The notes beneath the pieces are model-generated. The model was not told where the DNA came from and searched no databases. It worked only from the letters and a program-made list of their open reading frames with translations. From Armatimonadota bacterium (GTDB lineage: Bacteria; Armatimonadota; HRBIN16): a DNA stretch of 64,000 nt. Numbering within the stretch: the stretch's first letter is position 1; every line of letters starts with the position of its first letter. The position numbers were made by a program, and so were the translations under genes. This document shows, piece after piece, positions 20,163 through 29,771 of this stretch. The stretch lies in the NCBI GenBank assembly GCA_963677485.1, contig OY781964.1:4448001-4512000 (forward strand), in the 5' to 3' direction.

Positions 20163-20650
20163 AAGTCGGAATCATGTCAGACAGCCACGATAATGTGCCC
20201 AACATCCGGCTGGCGATTGAGCTGTTCCGCAATGAGGGTGTCGATCAGATCATCCATGCTGGCGATTTGGTGGCCCCTTTCGCCGTAAAAGCCATGGCAA
20301 ATGCGTCCGCTCCGATCTATGCTGTGTTTGGAAACAACGATGGTGAGAAGGCCGGAATTCGGGCCGCTTTTGAGGGTTTTGGTGTCATCGTGCCACAGGT
20401 GGGTATTATTGCCTGTGACGGCGTGAAGTTTGCTGTGATGCATGAACCGGTTAATTTGAGCCACGAACTGATCACACGCCACCTTGTACAAGTCGCGATA
20501 TATGGACATACTCACCAGAAGGATTTATACGAGAAAGACGGAGTTATCATCATCAACCCAGGTGAGGCCGGTGGATGGGTGTCAGGGCATTCCACGGTCG
20601 CCATCTTTGATACACGCAACAAGCAGACTCGTTTTGTTGAGCTTCAATAG
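20159..20650 (+). CDS. Metallophosphoesterase (YfcE/MJ0936 family)
   Basis: SDSHDN, HAGD, GNND, GHTH, NPGE. Confidence 0.9.
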   Translation: MKVGIMSDSHDNVPNIRLAIELFRNEGVDQIIHAGDLVAPFAVKAMANASAPIYAVFGNNDGEKAGIRAAFEGFGVIVPQVGIIACDGVKFAVMHEPVNLSHELITRHLVQVAIYGHTHQKDLYEKDGVIIINPGEAGGWVSGHSTVAIFDTRNKQTRFVELQ

Positions 20651-20655
20651 GGGGT

Positions 20656-21237
20656 GTGACGATGCGTGCAGGTAAGGTGTTTGTGTTTTCAGGTCCCAGC
20701 GGTGTCGGCAAGGACACGCTGCTTGATCTGCTAGCTGAGCAAGTGGACGGGTTTGAAAAGTGCGTCACCGCCACAACCAGAGCCCCTCGATCCCAGGAAG
20801 TAAACCAAAAAGATTACCATTTTGTCTCAAGAGAGCAGTTTCTAGAGTGGGAATGTGCAGGATTAATGCTTGAAACTGCAACATATAATGACCAGTTGTA
20901 TGGAACCCCGTTATTCGCTGTCCGGCAGGTGACCGATCGCGGTCTGGATGTGATCTTGAAAATCGAAGTACAGGGTGCTCTTAAAGTGAAGAGCATCATC
21001 AGCGATGCCTTATTGGTCTTCATACAGCCGCCTTCGATTGAGAGCTTAAGGCAGCGGCTATCAGATCGCAATACCGAGAGCCTGGACGAAATAGAACGTA
21101 GAATTAGTATCGCAGCCATCGAGATGCAAGAGAGTGTCCATTACGATTATGTCGTGACGAACGATGAACTGTCGCGAGCGGTCGATGATCTGCGGTGTAT
21201 CATTGTTGCTGAACGACTAAGGCAGGTGCGCGCGTGA
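20656..21237 (+). CDS. gmk: Guanylate kinase
   Basis: SGPSGVGKDT, TTRAPR, DYHFVS, YGTP. Confidence 0.95.
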   Translation: MTMRAGKVFVFSGPSGVGKDTLLDLLAEQVDGFEKCVTATTRAPRSQEVNQKDYHFVSREQFLEWECAGLMLETATYNDQLYGTPLFAVRQVTDRGLDVILKIEVQGALKVKSIISDALLVFIQPPSIESLRQRLSDRNTESLDEIERRISIAAIEMQESVHYDYVVTNDELSRAVDDLRCIIVAERLRQVRA

Positions 21238-22448
21238 ACAGCGAAAAACTCCATGGCAAAAAGATTCTTCTAGGTGTGACGGGTAGCATTGCAGCCTATA
21301 AGGCCGCCGATTTAGCTTCGAAGCTAACTCAGGCTGGTGCTGAGGTTGATGTGGTGATGACCCAACACGCTGCCGAGTTTATCGGTGCGGCTACTTTCCG
21401 AGCCTTAACCCGTCATGGGGTGCTGACCGATCTGTTTGATGAGCCTGACAGCCGGCGAATCGCACACATCGAACTGGCGCAACAAGCGGATCTCATTCTA
21501 GTATGTCCCGCCACGGCCAACATCATAGCCAAGATGGCCACGGGTATTGCCGATGATTTGCTCAGTACGCTGCTGCTTGTGGCTAAGTGTCCGGTGTATG
21601 TGGCTCCTGCCATGAACACCAGCATGTGGGAACACCCTGCGGTACAAGCGAATGTCAGTATACTATCGCAGCGCGGAATTACGGTCATTCAACCCGATAG
21701 TGGTCGATTGGCGTGTGGTGATGTTGGAGCGGGCAAATTGCCCACCACAGATCAACTACTGGGCATCTGCGCAGAGAGCTTTGCCAGGCCGATGGTAGGC
21801 ATCAGGGTGCTGATCACTGCGGGCCCGACTGAGGAGCCGATCGATGCGGTACGCTGCTTAACCAATAGAAGCAGCGGCAAGATGGGTTATGCCGTGGCCG
21901 AAGTAGCTTGCCGTTTAGGGGCGGACGTCACATTAGTAACCGGACCAGTCAGCCAGCTGGTTCCTACGGGTGCTAAGACTGTCGCAGTTCGGACGACGCA
22001 GCAAATGTATGATGCGGTGGTGGCCGAAAGCAGCACCGCAGATATGGTGATCTCTGCAGCCGCTCCTTCTGATTACCGTGTGGAAAATCCGGTCGCGTCG
22101 AAGATCAAGAAGGACGGAAACCCGCTGAACCTGAAGCTGGTGGAAAACCCCGATATCATTGCCGCTGTAGGCAGTCAAAAGAGAGATGACCAGGTCGTGG
22201 TTGCCTTTGCTGCAGAGACGGAGTTACTCGTGGAGCGATGCCGTCAAAAGCTGATTGCCAAATCGGTGGACATGGTTGTGGGGAATGATGTGTCCAAACC
22301 GCAATCCACTTTCGGCAGTGACAGCAACGAGATATGGCTGGTCACAGCTGAGCAGGAAGAGCATCAACCGGTGATGAGTAAGCGGGAGTGCGCGCGAGTG
22401 ATTTTGGACAGGGCCATGGAGATACTGGAGCATAAGCGGATAGCTTAG
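21234..22448 (+). CDS. coaBC: Bifunctional phosphopantothenoylcysteine decarboxylase/ligase
   Basis: GVTGSIAAYKA, PAMNTSMW, LACGDVGAG, TAGPTEE, NRSSGKMG, FAAET. Confidence 0.96.
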   Translation: MNSEKLHGKKILLGVTGSIAAYKAADLASKLTQAGAEVDVVMTQHAAEFIGAATFRALTRHGVLTDLFDEPDSRRIAHIELAQQADLILVCPATANIIAKMATGIADDLLSTLLLVAKCPVYVAPAMNTSMWEHPAVQANVSILSQRGITVIQPDSGRLACGDVGAGKLPTTDQLLGICAESFARPMVGIRVLITAGPTEEPIDAVRCLTNRSSGKMGYAVAEVACRLGADVTLVTGPVSQLVPTGAKTVAVRTTQQMYDAVVAESSTADMVISAAAPSDYRVENPVASKIKKDGNPLNLKLVENPDIIAAVGSQKRDDQVVVAFAAETELLVERCRQKLIAKSVDMVVGNDVSKPQSTFGSDSNEIWLVTAEQEEHQPVMSKRECARVILDRAMEILEHKRIA

Positions 22449-22597
22449 TGCCCGTGAAGGAGCCTTCTCAACGGGGCCATATATTCCCAGTTCTGTCCGC
22501 CTGCCTCAAGGAACGCGTAAATCGCCGCGAGCACAAAGAAGACTATCACCAGGACGATGGCGGGTTTACTGAGTTTCGGTTCTTGCCCGTCATTCAT
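22445..22597 (-). CDS. 50-aa single-TM hypothetical protein (not in ORF track)
   Basis: MNDGQEPKLSKPAIVLVIVFFVLAAIYAFLEAGGQNWEYMAPLRRLLHGH*. The ATG overlaps the stop region of the upstream deacetylase and the ORF fills the gap exactly. Confidence 0.6.
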   Translation of the reverse strand: MNDGQEPKLSKPAIVLVIVFFVLAAIYAFLEAGGQNWEYMAPLRRLLHGH

Positions 22598-23636
22598 ATT
22601 TCAACAACTCACCGACGGTTACCAGCCTCAGCCCCTTCTTTTTAAGGGCTGATATAAGTGTCGGCAGGGCGTCCGCGGTGGGCTGGCTGCCGCAGTGCAT
22701 CAGCACGACATCGCCTTGTCTCGCACGCGCCAACACCCGCGCTTCAATCTGCTCAGACGTGATGCCTTTCTTGACACTATCGAGGCAATCCACAGCCCAA
22801 TAGATGATCCGATACCCCTGGCTAGATACCAATCTGCGCACATCTTTGTTACGAGCACCAAACGGAGGGCGGAATAGCGCAGCGCCAGGAATGCCAAGCT
22901 TTGACTTAAAAATGCTCTGGGTTTGATTGATCTGATCCAGCATCTCATCGTCACTGAGAGCCGTGAAATCCGGGTGGCTCCAACTATGGTTGGCGATTTC
23001 GTGCCCAGCCGCCACTATACTTTTCGCTGCCTGAGGATTCTGCTTAACCCATTTGCCCGTGAAGAAGAAAGTCGCATGTGAGCCCGAATTTGCTAGGGCT
23101 TTCAAGATATCCTCGACAGGTTCGGCGGATGCTCCGGCATCAAACGTGAGCGCAATCATCCCTTTAGCATTGGGCACAGAGCTCACTTCACCGCTTGGTT
23201 GGGCTACGCGTGCGCTGGTTTGAGTGCTGGCGGGTTCATCTGGGCGAGAACTACGCGTAGCGGAGCCAGAATCTACAGGTGATAAGGGCTGCTTCGGGTC
23301 AAAGGTGCCGGGATCATGGTTAATGTCAGTCGCACTATTTGTCGGTTCACTGTGGGAAGGCTGCACATCAGGTTTAGGCTCATCGGGTTCCGATGCATCA
23401 TTACGGTGGTGATCCACCGGTTTTGCCGGGAGCACAACGGTGCCCGAACCACGATAGGTCTCGTCACCTTGCTGTTTTACCTTGCCATGACAGCCTACCC
23501 AAAGACCCGACCCTACGATCAATAGAATGACAAGAGGCAGCCATTCTATCGACGAGTTCTGTGGCTTGCCGGAGCCGGCACCAGACCGATTACGCGGCCT
23601 GGTGTTATTTGCTCTTGGCTGCTTTGAGCTCATCAC
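22590..23636 (-). CDS. Membrane-anchored polysaccharide deacetylase (CE4/NodB)
   Basis: TM helix, P/S-rich linker, LTFDAG, NHSWSHPDF, FRPPFG, VVLMH. Confidence 0.88.
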   Translation of the reverse strand: MMSSKQPRANNTRPRNRSGAGSGKPQNSSIEWLPLVILLIVGSGLWVGCHGKVKQQGDETYRGSGTVVLPAKPVDHHRNDASEPDEPKPDVQPSHSEPTNSATDINHDPGTFDPKQPLSPVDSGSATRSSRPDEPASTQTSARVAQPSGEVSSVPNAKGMIALTFDAGASAEPVEDILKALANSGSHATFFFTGKWVKQNPQAAKSIVAAGHEIANHSWSHPDFTALSDDEMLDQINQTQSIFKSKLGIPGAALFRPPFGARNKDVRRLVSSQGYRIIYWAVDCLDSVKKGITSEQIEARVLARARQGDVVLMHCGSQPTADALPTLISALKKKGLRLVTVGELLKYE

Positions 23637-24837
23637 GTAGTACCAATATCGCCTTCTTCAACTGAGCATCATGATCTCTGTCGTTGTAGTCTTCCCACTC
23701 ATCCGATTGTTTTACGACGATGTCAGGCTCGATGCCACCACGGACAAGCGATTTGCCCTCTCTGCTGATCTTGCGGTTAATGTCGTTACCATTAGGCGTT
23801 AGATATCTGGCTGTGGTGATGGCGACTGCCGAGTTGTTGTCTAATGGATAGATGCTTTGAACCAGCCCTTTACCGAAGGTTCGCTCACCTATCAATTTGG
23901 CACGCCCATAGTCTTTAATGGCGCCTGCACAGATTTCACTGGCACTGGCGCTCATGTCATTCACTAATACCACCATGGGGTAGGGGGCGATGGCCCGATT
24001 CGGAGTGACTTTGAGAACTTGCTTTTGTCCGCCCCGTTCTTCGATGATCACCACGTTGCCTTTGGTCAGAAATCGGCTGGTGATATCCTGAGCCACATTG
24101 AGAAGTCCACCAGGGTTGCCTCGAAGGTCCAGGATCAGTGCTTTCATTCCCTTGTTTTCGAGCTCTTGAATCTTCCGCATCATATACTCGTCGCTCTTAT
24201 CATTGAACTGCATGAGCGTGACGCGCCCGATACCATTGACTGTATCTTCCATATAGCCCTTGGCTACAGGGCTGACGATCAGGTCACGGATAATCGGCAG
24301 CACAATGATCTTATTGTTCTCTTTCGGCCGTCGTATAGTTAAAGTGACTTTTGTGTTGCGTGGGCCGCGGATTCTCTTCACGGCTGCGTCAATGCCCTGG
24401 TTGTGGGTCAGATAGTTATCAACCTTAAGAATGATGTCCTTGGATTTCAATCCAGACTTCAAGGCGGGTGAGTTCTCTATCACGTCGTAGATCACGACAT
24501 TCCCGTCTGTCTCTTGAAGTTGAGCACCAATGCCGAAGAAATCACCACGGGTATCTTCCTGCATTGCCTTGAACTCCTCGGGAGACATGAAGCGGGTGAA
24601 CTGATCATTCAACGCATACAGCATGCCGCGGATGGCGGCATAAGTCAGCTTGTTTGAATCCGATGTGCCGGAATAGTTGTTCTGTATGATGCCCAGAGCT
24701 TTTAGGAATGAAGCGGTGGGCTGTAGCTTGTGAACAGTGACCGGTGTTTTAGCTGTATCGCCTGGCAGCGCATGGATGATGTCACTTGATACGAAGCCGG
24801 CGATGACTATACTGATGGCAAGAAGTAGCTTTTTCAT
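23605..24837 (-). CDS. ctpA: Carboxyl-terminal processing protease (S41A, PDZ)
   Basis: Signal peptide, GIGA PDZ loop, DLRGNPGG, SASASE (catalytic Ser), TFGKG (catalytic Lys), GIEPD. Confidence 0.92.
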   Translation of the reverse strand: MKKLLLAISIVIAGFVSSDIIHALPGDTAKTPVTVHKLQPTASFLKALGIIQNNYSGTSDSNKLTYAAIRGMLYALNDQFTRFMSPEEFKAMQEDTRGDFFGIGAQLQETDGNVVIYDVIENSPALKSGLKSKDIILKVDNYLTHNQGIDAAVKRIRGPRNTKVTLTIRRPKENNKIIVLPIIRDLIVSPVAKGYMEDTVNGIGRVTLMQFNDKSDEYMMRKIQELENKGMKALILDLRGNPGGLLNVAQDITSRFLTKGNVVIIEERGGQKQVLKVTPNRAIAPYPMVVLVNDMSASASEICAGAIKDYGRAKLIGERTFGKGLVQSIYPLDNNSAVAITTARYLTPNGNDINRKISREGKSLVRGGIEPDIVVKQSDEWEDYNDRDHDAQLKKAILVLRDELKAAKSK

Positions 24838-26171
24838 TTGGTCACACTCTTTACGGCAGGCTTCATGGCGAGTTTGACTGGCATGTCACCCTGATTTTGT
24901 TCACCGGCGAGCAGTCTGTCAGGACTGATCCCTTTCCCCGCAAAGTCAGTTTTGTTTGGGAGGAGAAGCTTTCGGGTGACCAGTTTGATAGCGGAGCCGT
25001 CATCAAATGGGTAAAGGTCAGAGACTAGAGGCTGCCCAAAGGTGGGCTCGCCTATTAGGGTTGCCTTTTTACTCTGTTTGAGTCCTGCGGCCAGAAGCTC
25101 TGCGGTACCGGAAGTCCCATTACCGATCAACAGCGTGATCTTCTGATCAATTCCACGTCCTTCAGACGAATTGATCATGGTCATTGGTTTGTTGGCCATT
25201 TTGCTATATCCCAGCAAGCCGCGTCCTGCGAGCAGACTGTAGACACGTTGAGCGGACATAATGTCGAAACCCGTGGTGTTACGCATATCTATGATGAGAC
25301 GCTTAAAGTGAGCTTGATGAAGCATATCCGACAAAACAGAGGCGGTATCAAGCCGAAGGACCTGCAACTTCACCAACACCGTATCCTGCGCATTCGTAAT
25401 CAAAGTCGCAGAGGGTGTCGTCACTGTTTCGCATGTGATCTTTACATTCATCTGCTTGCTTCCGCGCCTGATAGCGAGCGTCTTATATGGACAGTTGTTG
25501 CTGCTCAGTAGTTTCAGGACACTTGACACGGGAATCCCGTCATCTAGTTTCTTTTTCGCTTTATCAAAGGCGTCGAGACGTGTTTTGAGGGTGCCACTAG
25601 ATGGAACTGCATCCATGGGGTTGTGGGAGATGATCCATTTACCATCAACTTCCACGATCACATCCTTGGATCGTATGCCCGCTTTGAATGCCGCTCCGCC
25701 TTCGATGGGAGTCACCACTTGGATCTCAGCATATCCAGTTTTGCCAATTTTATAGGCTTTCACCGTCGTTTCAGCCCCAATGCCATGATATGTGCCTGCC
25801 AAGTGGTTGCGGTATTCTGTGGTTTCATCAACTGTTAGGTACTGGTTCATCGGGTCGTTCAACGATCCGACCATACCTCGGATCGATTCCTCTGCCATCT
25901 CCTGGTCATTCTTCACTTCATCGACATACTGACCCTTGACTAGCTGATAGACGTCATTATAAAGCTGCATATGGTCGATGTTATCGGAAACTTTATATGT
26001 GGAGGGCATCTCAGTCGATGCGAGCTTCATTTGGCTTTGTGTGTTACGTACAATGGCGATTCGGGCAGCTAGAGGGGAGTTGTCATAGACACTACGCATG
26101 TAAATGCCGAGTCCGAATAGGGCTACGATCAAGATGATGCGTACTGAGAGATGGGCTTTGGATACCTGCAA
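24834..26171 (-). CDS. S41 peptidase paralog with degenerate catalytic residues
   Basis: Same architecture as CtpA (GIGA, DMRNTTG, GISPD) but TSGTAE and TFGQP at the catalytic positions. AGGAGG RBS before a TTG start. Confidence 0.85.
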   Translation of the reverse strand: MQVSKAHLSVRIILIVALFGLGIYMRSVYDNSPLAARIAIVRNTQSQMKLASTEMPSTYKVSDNIDHMQLYNDVYQLVKGQYVDEVKNDQEMAEESIRGMVGSLNDPMNQYLTVDETTEYRNHLAGTYHGIGAETTVKAYKIGKTGYAEIQVVTPIEGGAAFKAGIRSKDVIVEVDGKWIISHNPMDAVPSSGTLKTRLDAFDKAKKKLDDGIPVSSVLKLLSSNNCPYKTLAIRRGSKQMNVKITCETVTTPSATLITNAQDTVLVKLQVLRLDTASVLSDMLHQAHFKRLIIDMRNTTGFDIMSAQRVYSLLAGRGLLGYSKMANKPMTMINSSEGRGIDQKITLLIGNGTSGTAELLAAGLKQSKKATLIGEPTFGQPLVSDLYPFDDGSAIKLVTRKLLLPNKTDFAGKGISPDRLLAGEQNQGDMPVKLAMKPAVKSVTK

Positions 26172-26276
26172 AAGGAGCCTCCTACGAAGCGGACGACCGC
26201 TGTAAACACCGTAAAAAGTATACCCGAGAAGGCGGGTTGACTGTTACGAAGGGGGGATGAGACTTTGGCTTGAAAA

Positions 26277-26371
26277 TGGCGGAGAGTCCGGGATTCGAAC
26301 CCGGGGTAAGAGTTTAACGCTCCTACAACCGCTTAGCAGGCGGCCGCTATCGACCTCTCAGCCAACTCTCC
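26277..26371 (-). tRNA. tRNA-Ser (anticodon GCT)
   Basis: GGAGAGT acceptor stem, anticodon arm GCCGC-CTGCTAA-GCGGT, long variable arm, GTTCGAATC, encoded CCA. Confidence 0.97.
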
Positions 26372-26380
26372 ACGAAAATT

Positions 26381-26409
26381 ATTATACCGGAGCATGTCAG
26401 AAGGTGCAA
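26381..26409 (-). promoter_or_regulatory. Sigma70-type promoter of tRNA-Ser
   Basis: TTGCAC, 17 nt spacer, TATAAT, ending 10 nt before the tRNA. Confidence 0.7.
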
Positions 26410-26476
26410 GGGCGAGATCAAGATAACTGGAGCATTCTTTGGATGGGCACCATTGAATGCTCCGTTTGACACTATC

Positions 26477-26620
26477 TTATTCAGTTTTGCCGATCTTGAA
26501 AATCTTGGTACCGCATACGGAACAGGTACCAACAGTTGCCGGGCGGCCGTTCTTAAGTGTGGTCGCGGTGGCATCTTTGATCTCTCGTTTGGCCTTGCAT
26601 TTCACGCAGTAGCCTTCCAT
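26477..26620 (-). CDS. 47-aa basic zinc-ribbon protein, DUF5679-like (not in ORF track)
   Basis: MEGYCVKCKAKREIKDATATTLKNGRPATVGTCSVCGTKIFKIGKTE*, with AAGGAGG RBS. Confidence 0.85.
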   Translation of the reverse strand: MEGYCVKCKAKREIKDATATTLKNGRPATVGTCSVCGTKIFKIGKTE

Positions 26621-26726
26621 GTAGGTGGAACCTCCTTAGAATGTTGAATAGGATAAGATACCATTAAAGCAGTATGTTCTCCTGCAGAACGAATTCAGTG
26701 TAACGCAATTTCTCCAAATAATCAGC

Positions 26727-27914
26727 ATGGATTGGGCATTGAATCAAAAAATAACCCTAAAATTGCTCGCAGATGTAACTCTACATACCAAATATGAGAA
26801 AAATCTGTATCTGGTAGGCGGTTCAGTGCGAGACTGCCTGCTTGATCGAACGGTTGATTGCGACTATGATATTGTAACCGAACTCGATGCTGTGGAGTTA
26901 GCGGAAATGCTCCATCAGTCGGGTTACCTCGATGACGCACCTGTTATTTTCGCAAGATTTGGTACTGTCAAGCTTTCGATAGCAGGGGATACGGTAGAAC
27001 TGGTCACGGCCCGCCGAGAGTCCTACCAAGATTCAACCCGAAAGCCTGAGGTTGAGAGAGCTTCTTTGCGTGATGATGTGTTTCGAAGAGATTTCACCAT
27101 CAACTGCTTGTTATATAACCTGCACACTCAGGAAGTTTTAGACCTTACTGGCTTTGGAATACGTGATCTGCATCTTGGAGTATTACGGACGCCTTTACCT
27201 CCCCATCAAACTTTTCATGACGACCCACTGCGAATCATGCGTGCCGCTCGGTTTTTAGCACAATTGGGTTTCGAACCGGTGGAACCACTGGAACAAGCCG
27301 CAAGTGAAATGGCGTCCAGGCTTGAAATAGTCAGTGGTGAGCGCATTCGTGAAGAGCTTCGCAGGACCATCGATGCCCGCTATGCGGCGGATGGCCTATA
27401 CGCATTGAAGGGGTGGGGCATCTGGCCCGTGCTGATGGGGACTGATACTGCGATTGAGGATGAGGATTGGATCACTTCGATTCCGAGGCGACATAGATGG
27501 CCATACGCCCTCTATCCGATATGCGGCGAGTTGGCGAATGTCGATCGGCTGATCAAACGCCTTCGGTTCAGCCGTCATGAGGCATCGGCATTGCGTGCAT
27601 TCTGGCGAGTGGTGCAAAATGCAGAACACCTCGATACCCTGGTCTCATGCCATACCCACCTACCATCGATCATCGAAGTCTCAACGGCGGCCGGTATATT
27701 GTCAGAAAGGCAATTGGAGCTTCTGCGTGCGATAGCCAATCGTAAGCCTGTGAGTCCCATAGACGGCCGAGAGATCGCTAAGTTGAGGCCTGACCTGCCT
27801 GTGACTGATATCGGGCGTATAAAGGCCCATCTGGTAAAGCTGGTCGTCACCGATCAGGTGGATCCAAACGACCAGGATGCTGTGCAGCAAGAGGTGCTCC
27901 GATGGAGCCCATGA
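26727..27914 (+). CDS. Class II tRNA nucleotidyltransferase (CCA-adding/poly(A) polymerase family)
   Basis: VGGSVRD, DYD, TARRESY, RRDFTIN, DDPLRIMRAARF, SGERIREE. Confidence 0.9.
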   Translation: MDWALNQKITLKLLADVTLHTKYEKNLYLVGGSVRDCLLDRTVDCDYDIVTELDAVELAEMLHQSGYLDDAPVIFARFGTVKLSIAGDTVELVTARRESYQDSTRKPEVERASLRDDVFRRDFTINCLLYNLHTQEVLDLTGFGIRDLHLGVLRTPLPPHQTFHDDPLRIMRAARFLAQLGFEPVEPLEQAASEMASRLEIVSGERIREELRRTIDARYAADGLYALKGWGIWPVLMGTDTAIEDEDWITSIPRRHRWPYALYPICGELANVDRLIKRLRFSRHEASALRAFWRVVQNAEHLDTLVSCHTHLPSIIEVSTAAGILSERQLELLRAIANRKPVSPIDGREIAKLRPDLPVTDIGRIKAHLVKLVVTDQVDPNDQDAVQQEVLRWSP

Positions 27915-28951
27915 TGTTGAAGCAACATGCCATGAGCTGGGCCATCGAAGCTGGTTTCTGTGTAGCCGGTGTGGCGGACATCACTCCGGGTGACGAGTTG
28001 ATCAAGCTGGAGGACTGGCTTAAACTGGGATATCAGGCTGAGATGGCCTATATGCAGTCACCGAGCCGGGGCAATATCGCATCACTATACCCATGGTCCA
28101 AAAGCGCGCTTGTGGTTGGAGCTGTGGCCGGTGAGCCACTTCAGCATTCGAATGATCACTACACCGCCGCGCGGTATGCACAGGGTGCAGACTACCACAC
28201 GGTGATATCGACCCGGCTAGAGAGTCTGGCTGTCAAGCTGAAAGACTGCGGTATAGAGCTTTGGAAAGTGTGTGTGGATATTCAGCCGATACTGGAGCGC
28301 GAGCTGGCCCGTCGCGCTGGATTAGGATGGATCGGTAAAAACAGCATGCTGATCAACCCTCAGTATGGATCGCATTTGCTGCTGGGTGTGCTGCTTCTAG
28401 ACCAACTGCTTCCTTGTGACCAGCCCAGTAAAGAACTATGCGGACGTTGTGACCGGTGCCTCCAAACCTGCCCAAACCACGCTTTAGTGGAACCATATGT
28501 GCTGGATGCCCGTCGGTGCTTGAGCTATCTGACGCTTGAGAACAAAAAAGCAGTCGGTGTCGAACAGTGGCCATCGGGGCACAAGATGCTGTTTGGGTGC
28601 GATCTGTGTCAAGACTGCTGCCCATATAACACCCCCACAAAATCATACCCAGCTCGGGGCACCAGAAGCGGTGTGGATGAGTTAGTTGGGCAGGTGTGCG
28701 GGTGGAGTCAGGTCGAAATGGTTGAAATGCTTGAAGCCGGTACGGAATCGCAAATCAGGCATGGCCAGGCCTTGGACAGGGTGAAGCGTGTGCAGATCAT
28801 ACGCAATCTGACGGTCGCTGCTGGTGCCAACCATACCGCCGATACGCGGCTGCAGGAACTGGTGCTGACGGAGTATGCTGATGCTAAAACCGATCAGGAT
28901 GCAGCGATGTTATTAGATTTGGTGAAGCTGCTTGCCGATTCGGTACAATGA
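27902..28951 (+). CDS. queG: Epoxyqueuosine reductase
   Basis: ARYAQGADYH, RAGLGWIGKN, CGRCDRCLQTCP, FGCDLCQDCCPYN. Confidence 0.9.
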   Translation: MEPMMLKQHAMSWAIEAGFCVAGVADITPGDELIKLEDWLKLGYQAEMAYMQSPSRGNIASLYPWSKSALVVGAVAGEPLQHSNDHYTAARYAQGADYHTVISTRLESLAVKLKDCGIELWKVCVDIQPILERELARRAGLGWIGKNSMLINPQYGSHLLLGVLLLDQLLPCDQPSKELCGRCDRCLQTCPNHALVEPYVLDARRCLSYLTLENKKAVGVEQWPSGHKMLFGCDLCQDCCPYNTPTKSYPARGTRSGVDELVGQVCGWSQVEMVEMLEAGTESQIRHGQALDRVKRVQIIRNLTVAAGANHTADTRLQELVLTEYADAKTDQDAAMLLDLVKLLADSVQ

Positions 28952-28991
28952 TCCGATAGGATAGATATCTAACAACAGGGGAGAATGCCAC

Positions 28992-29771
28992 ATGCGATCT
29001 GTACACATGGCTGCTGTGGTCAGCCATATGAAAGCAGCCGAAGGGCAGTTCGAGCTGGTACTTCAAAGCGAGGTAGTTGCCCAGAACGCCGAAGCAGGGC
29101 AATTCGTGCAGATACGGATGCCGCAAACCGATGATCCTCTTTTTTGTCGGCCATTCAGCATCTACAAGTGCGACAAGCAAACAAACACATTTTCCATCAT
29201 ATATCTGGTACGCGGTACCGTCACAAAAAGGCTGGCTGGGCTGCATGTAGGCGAAACCCTGCAGGTGGTGGGGCCACTTGGCAAGGGCTACTCGCCTCGG
29301 TCAGCCGATCTCTCGATCTGCGTGGTGGGGGGTGTGGGTGCCCCGCCTGTCTACAGTCTGCTGCTGCATCTGCACGGTCATGTGGTGGTCATAAACGGCG
29401 CGCGCAGCTCAGAGCTATTAATATGCCGACAGAGCTTCAAAGATTCGGGTATTGAATATATCGAATGCACGGACGACGGTAGTGCTGGCCAAAAAGGCAC
29501 TGTGCTGAAGCCGCTGGAGCGGCTTCTTGATGGGCACACTGGACGGGCTGTCGTCTACACCTGCGGTTCCACTGCCATGATGAAAGCGGTCGCTGCCTCA
29601 GCCAGTGTGCATGCCGTGCCGTGTCAGGTATCAATGGAGACGCTGATGCCCTGCGGTATCGGCGTGTGCCTGGGTTGTGCCGTGAAGATCAAGACCGAGT
29701 GTGGCTTTGAATACAAGCGGGCCTGTGCAGATGGGCCGGTATTTGATGCTGAAGAGGTGATTTGGGAATGA
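28992..29771 (+). CDS. pyrK: Dihydroorotate dehydrogenase electron transfer subunit
   Basis: GQFV, RPFSI, GPLGKG, GGVG, CGIGVCLGC...C. Directly upstream of pyrD. Confidence 0.92.
   Translation: MRSVHMAAVVSHMKAAEGQFELVLQSEVVAQNAEAGQFVQIRMPQTDDPLFCRPFSIYKCDKQTNTFSIIYLVRGTVTKRLAGLHVGETLQVVGPLGKGYSPRSADLSICVVGGVGAPPVYSLLLHLHGHVVVINGARSSELLICRQSFKDSGIEYIECTDDGSAGQKGTVLKPLERLLDGHTGRAVVYTCGSTAMMKAVAASASVHAVPCQVSMETLMPCGIGVCLGCAVKIKTECGFEYKRACADGPVFDAEEVIWE

Noticed and set aside
26277-26371. tRNA-Ser as an integration site
   Set aside because: No integrase nearby, no duplicated tRNA 3' end noticed, and the flanks are host-like genes.
26477-26620. Ribosomal protein L33 (rpmG) as the identity of the small zinc-ribbon ORF
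   Set aside because: It lacks the L33 pattern (Y.T.KN...LELKKYC...H..H.E); YCVKC...KNGRP...CGTK fits DUF5679 better.
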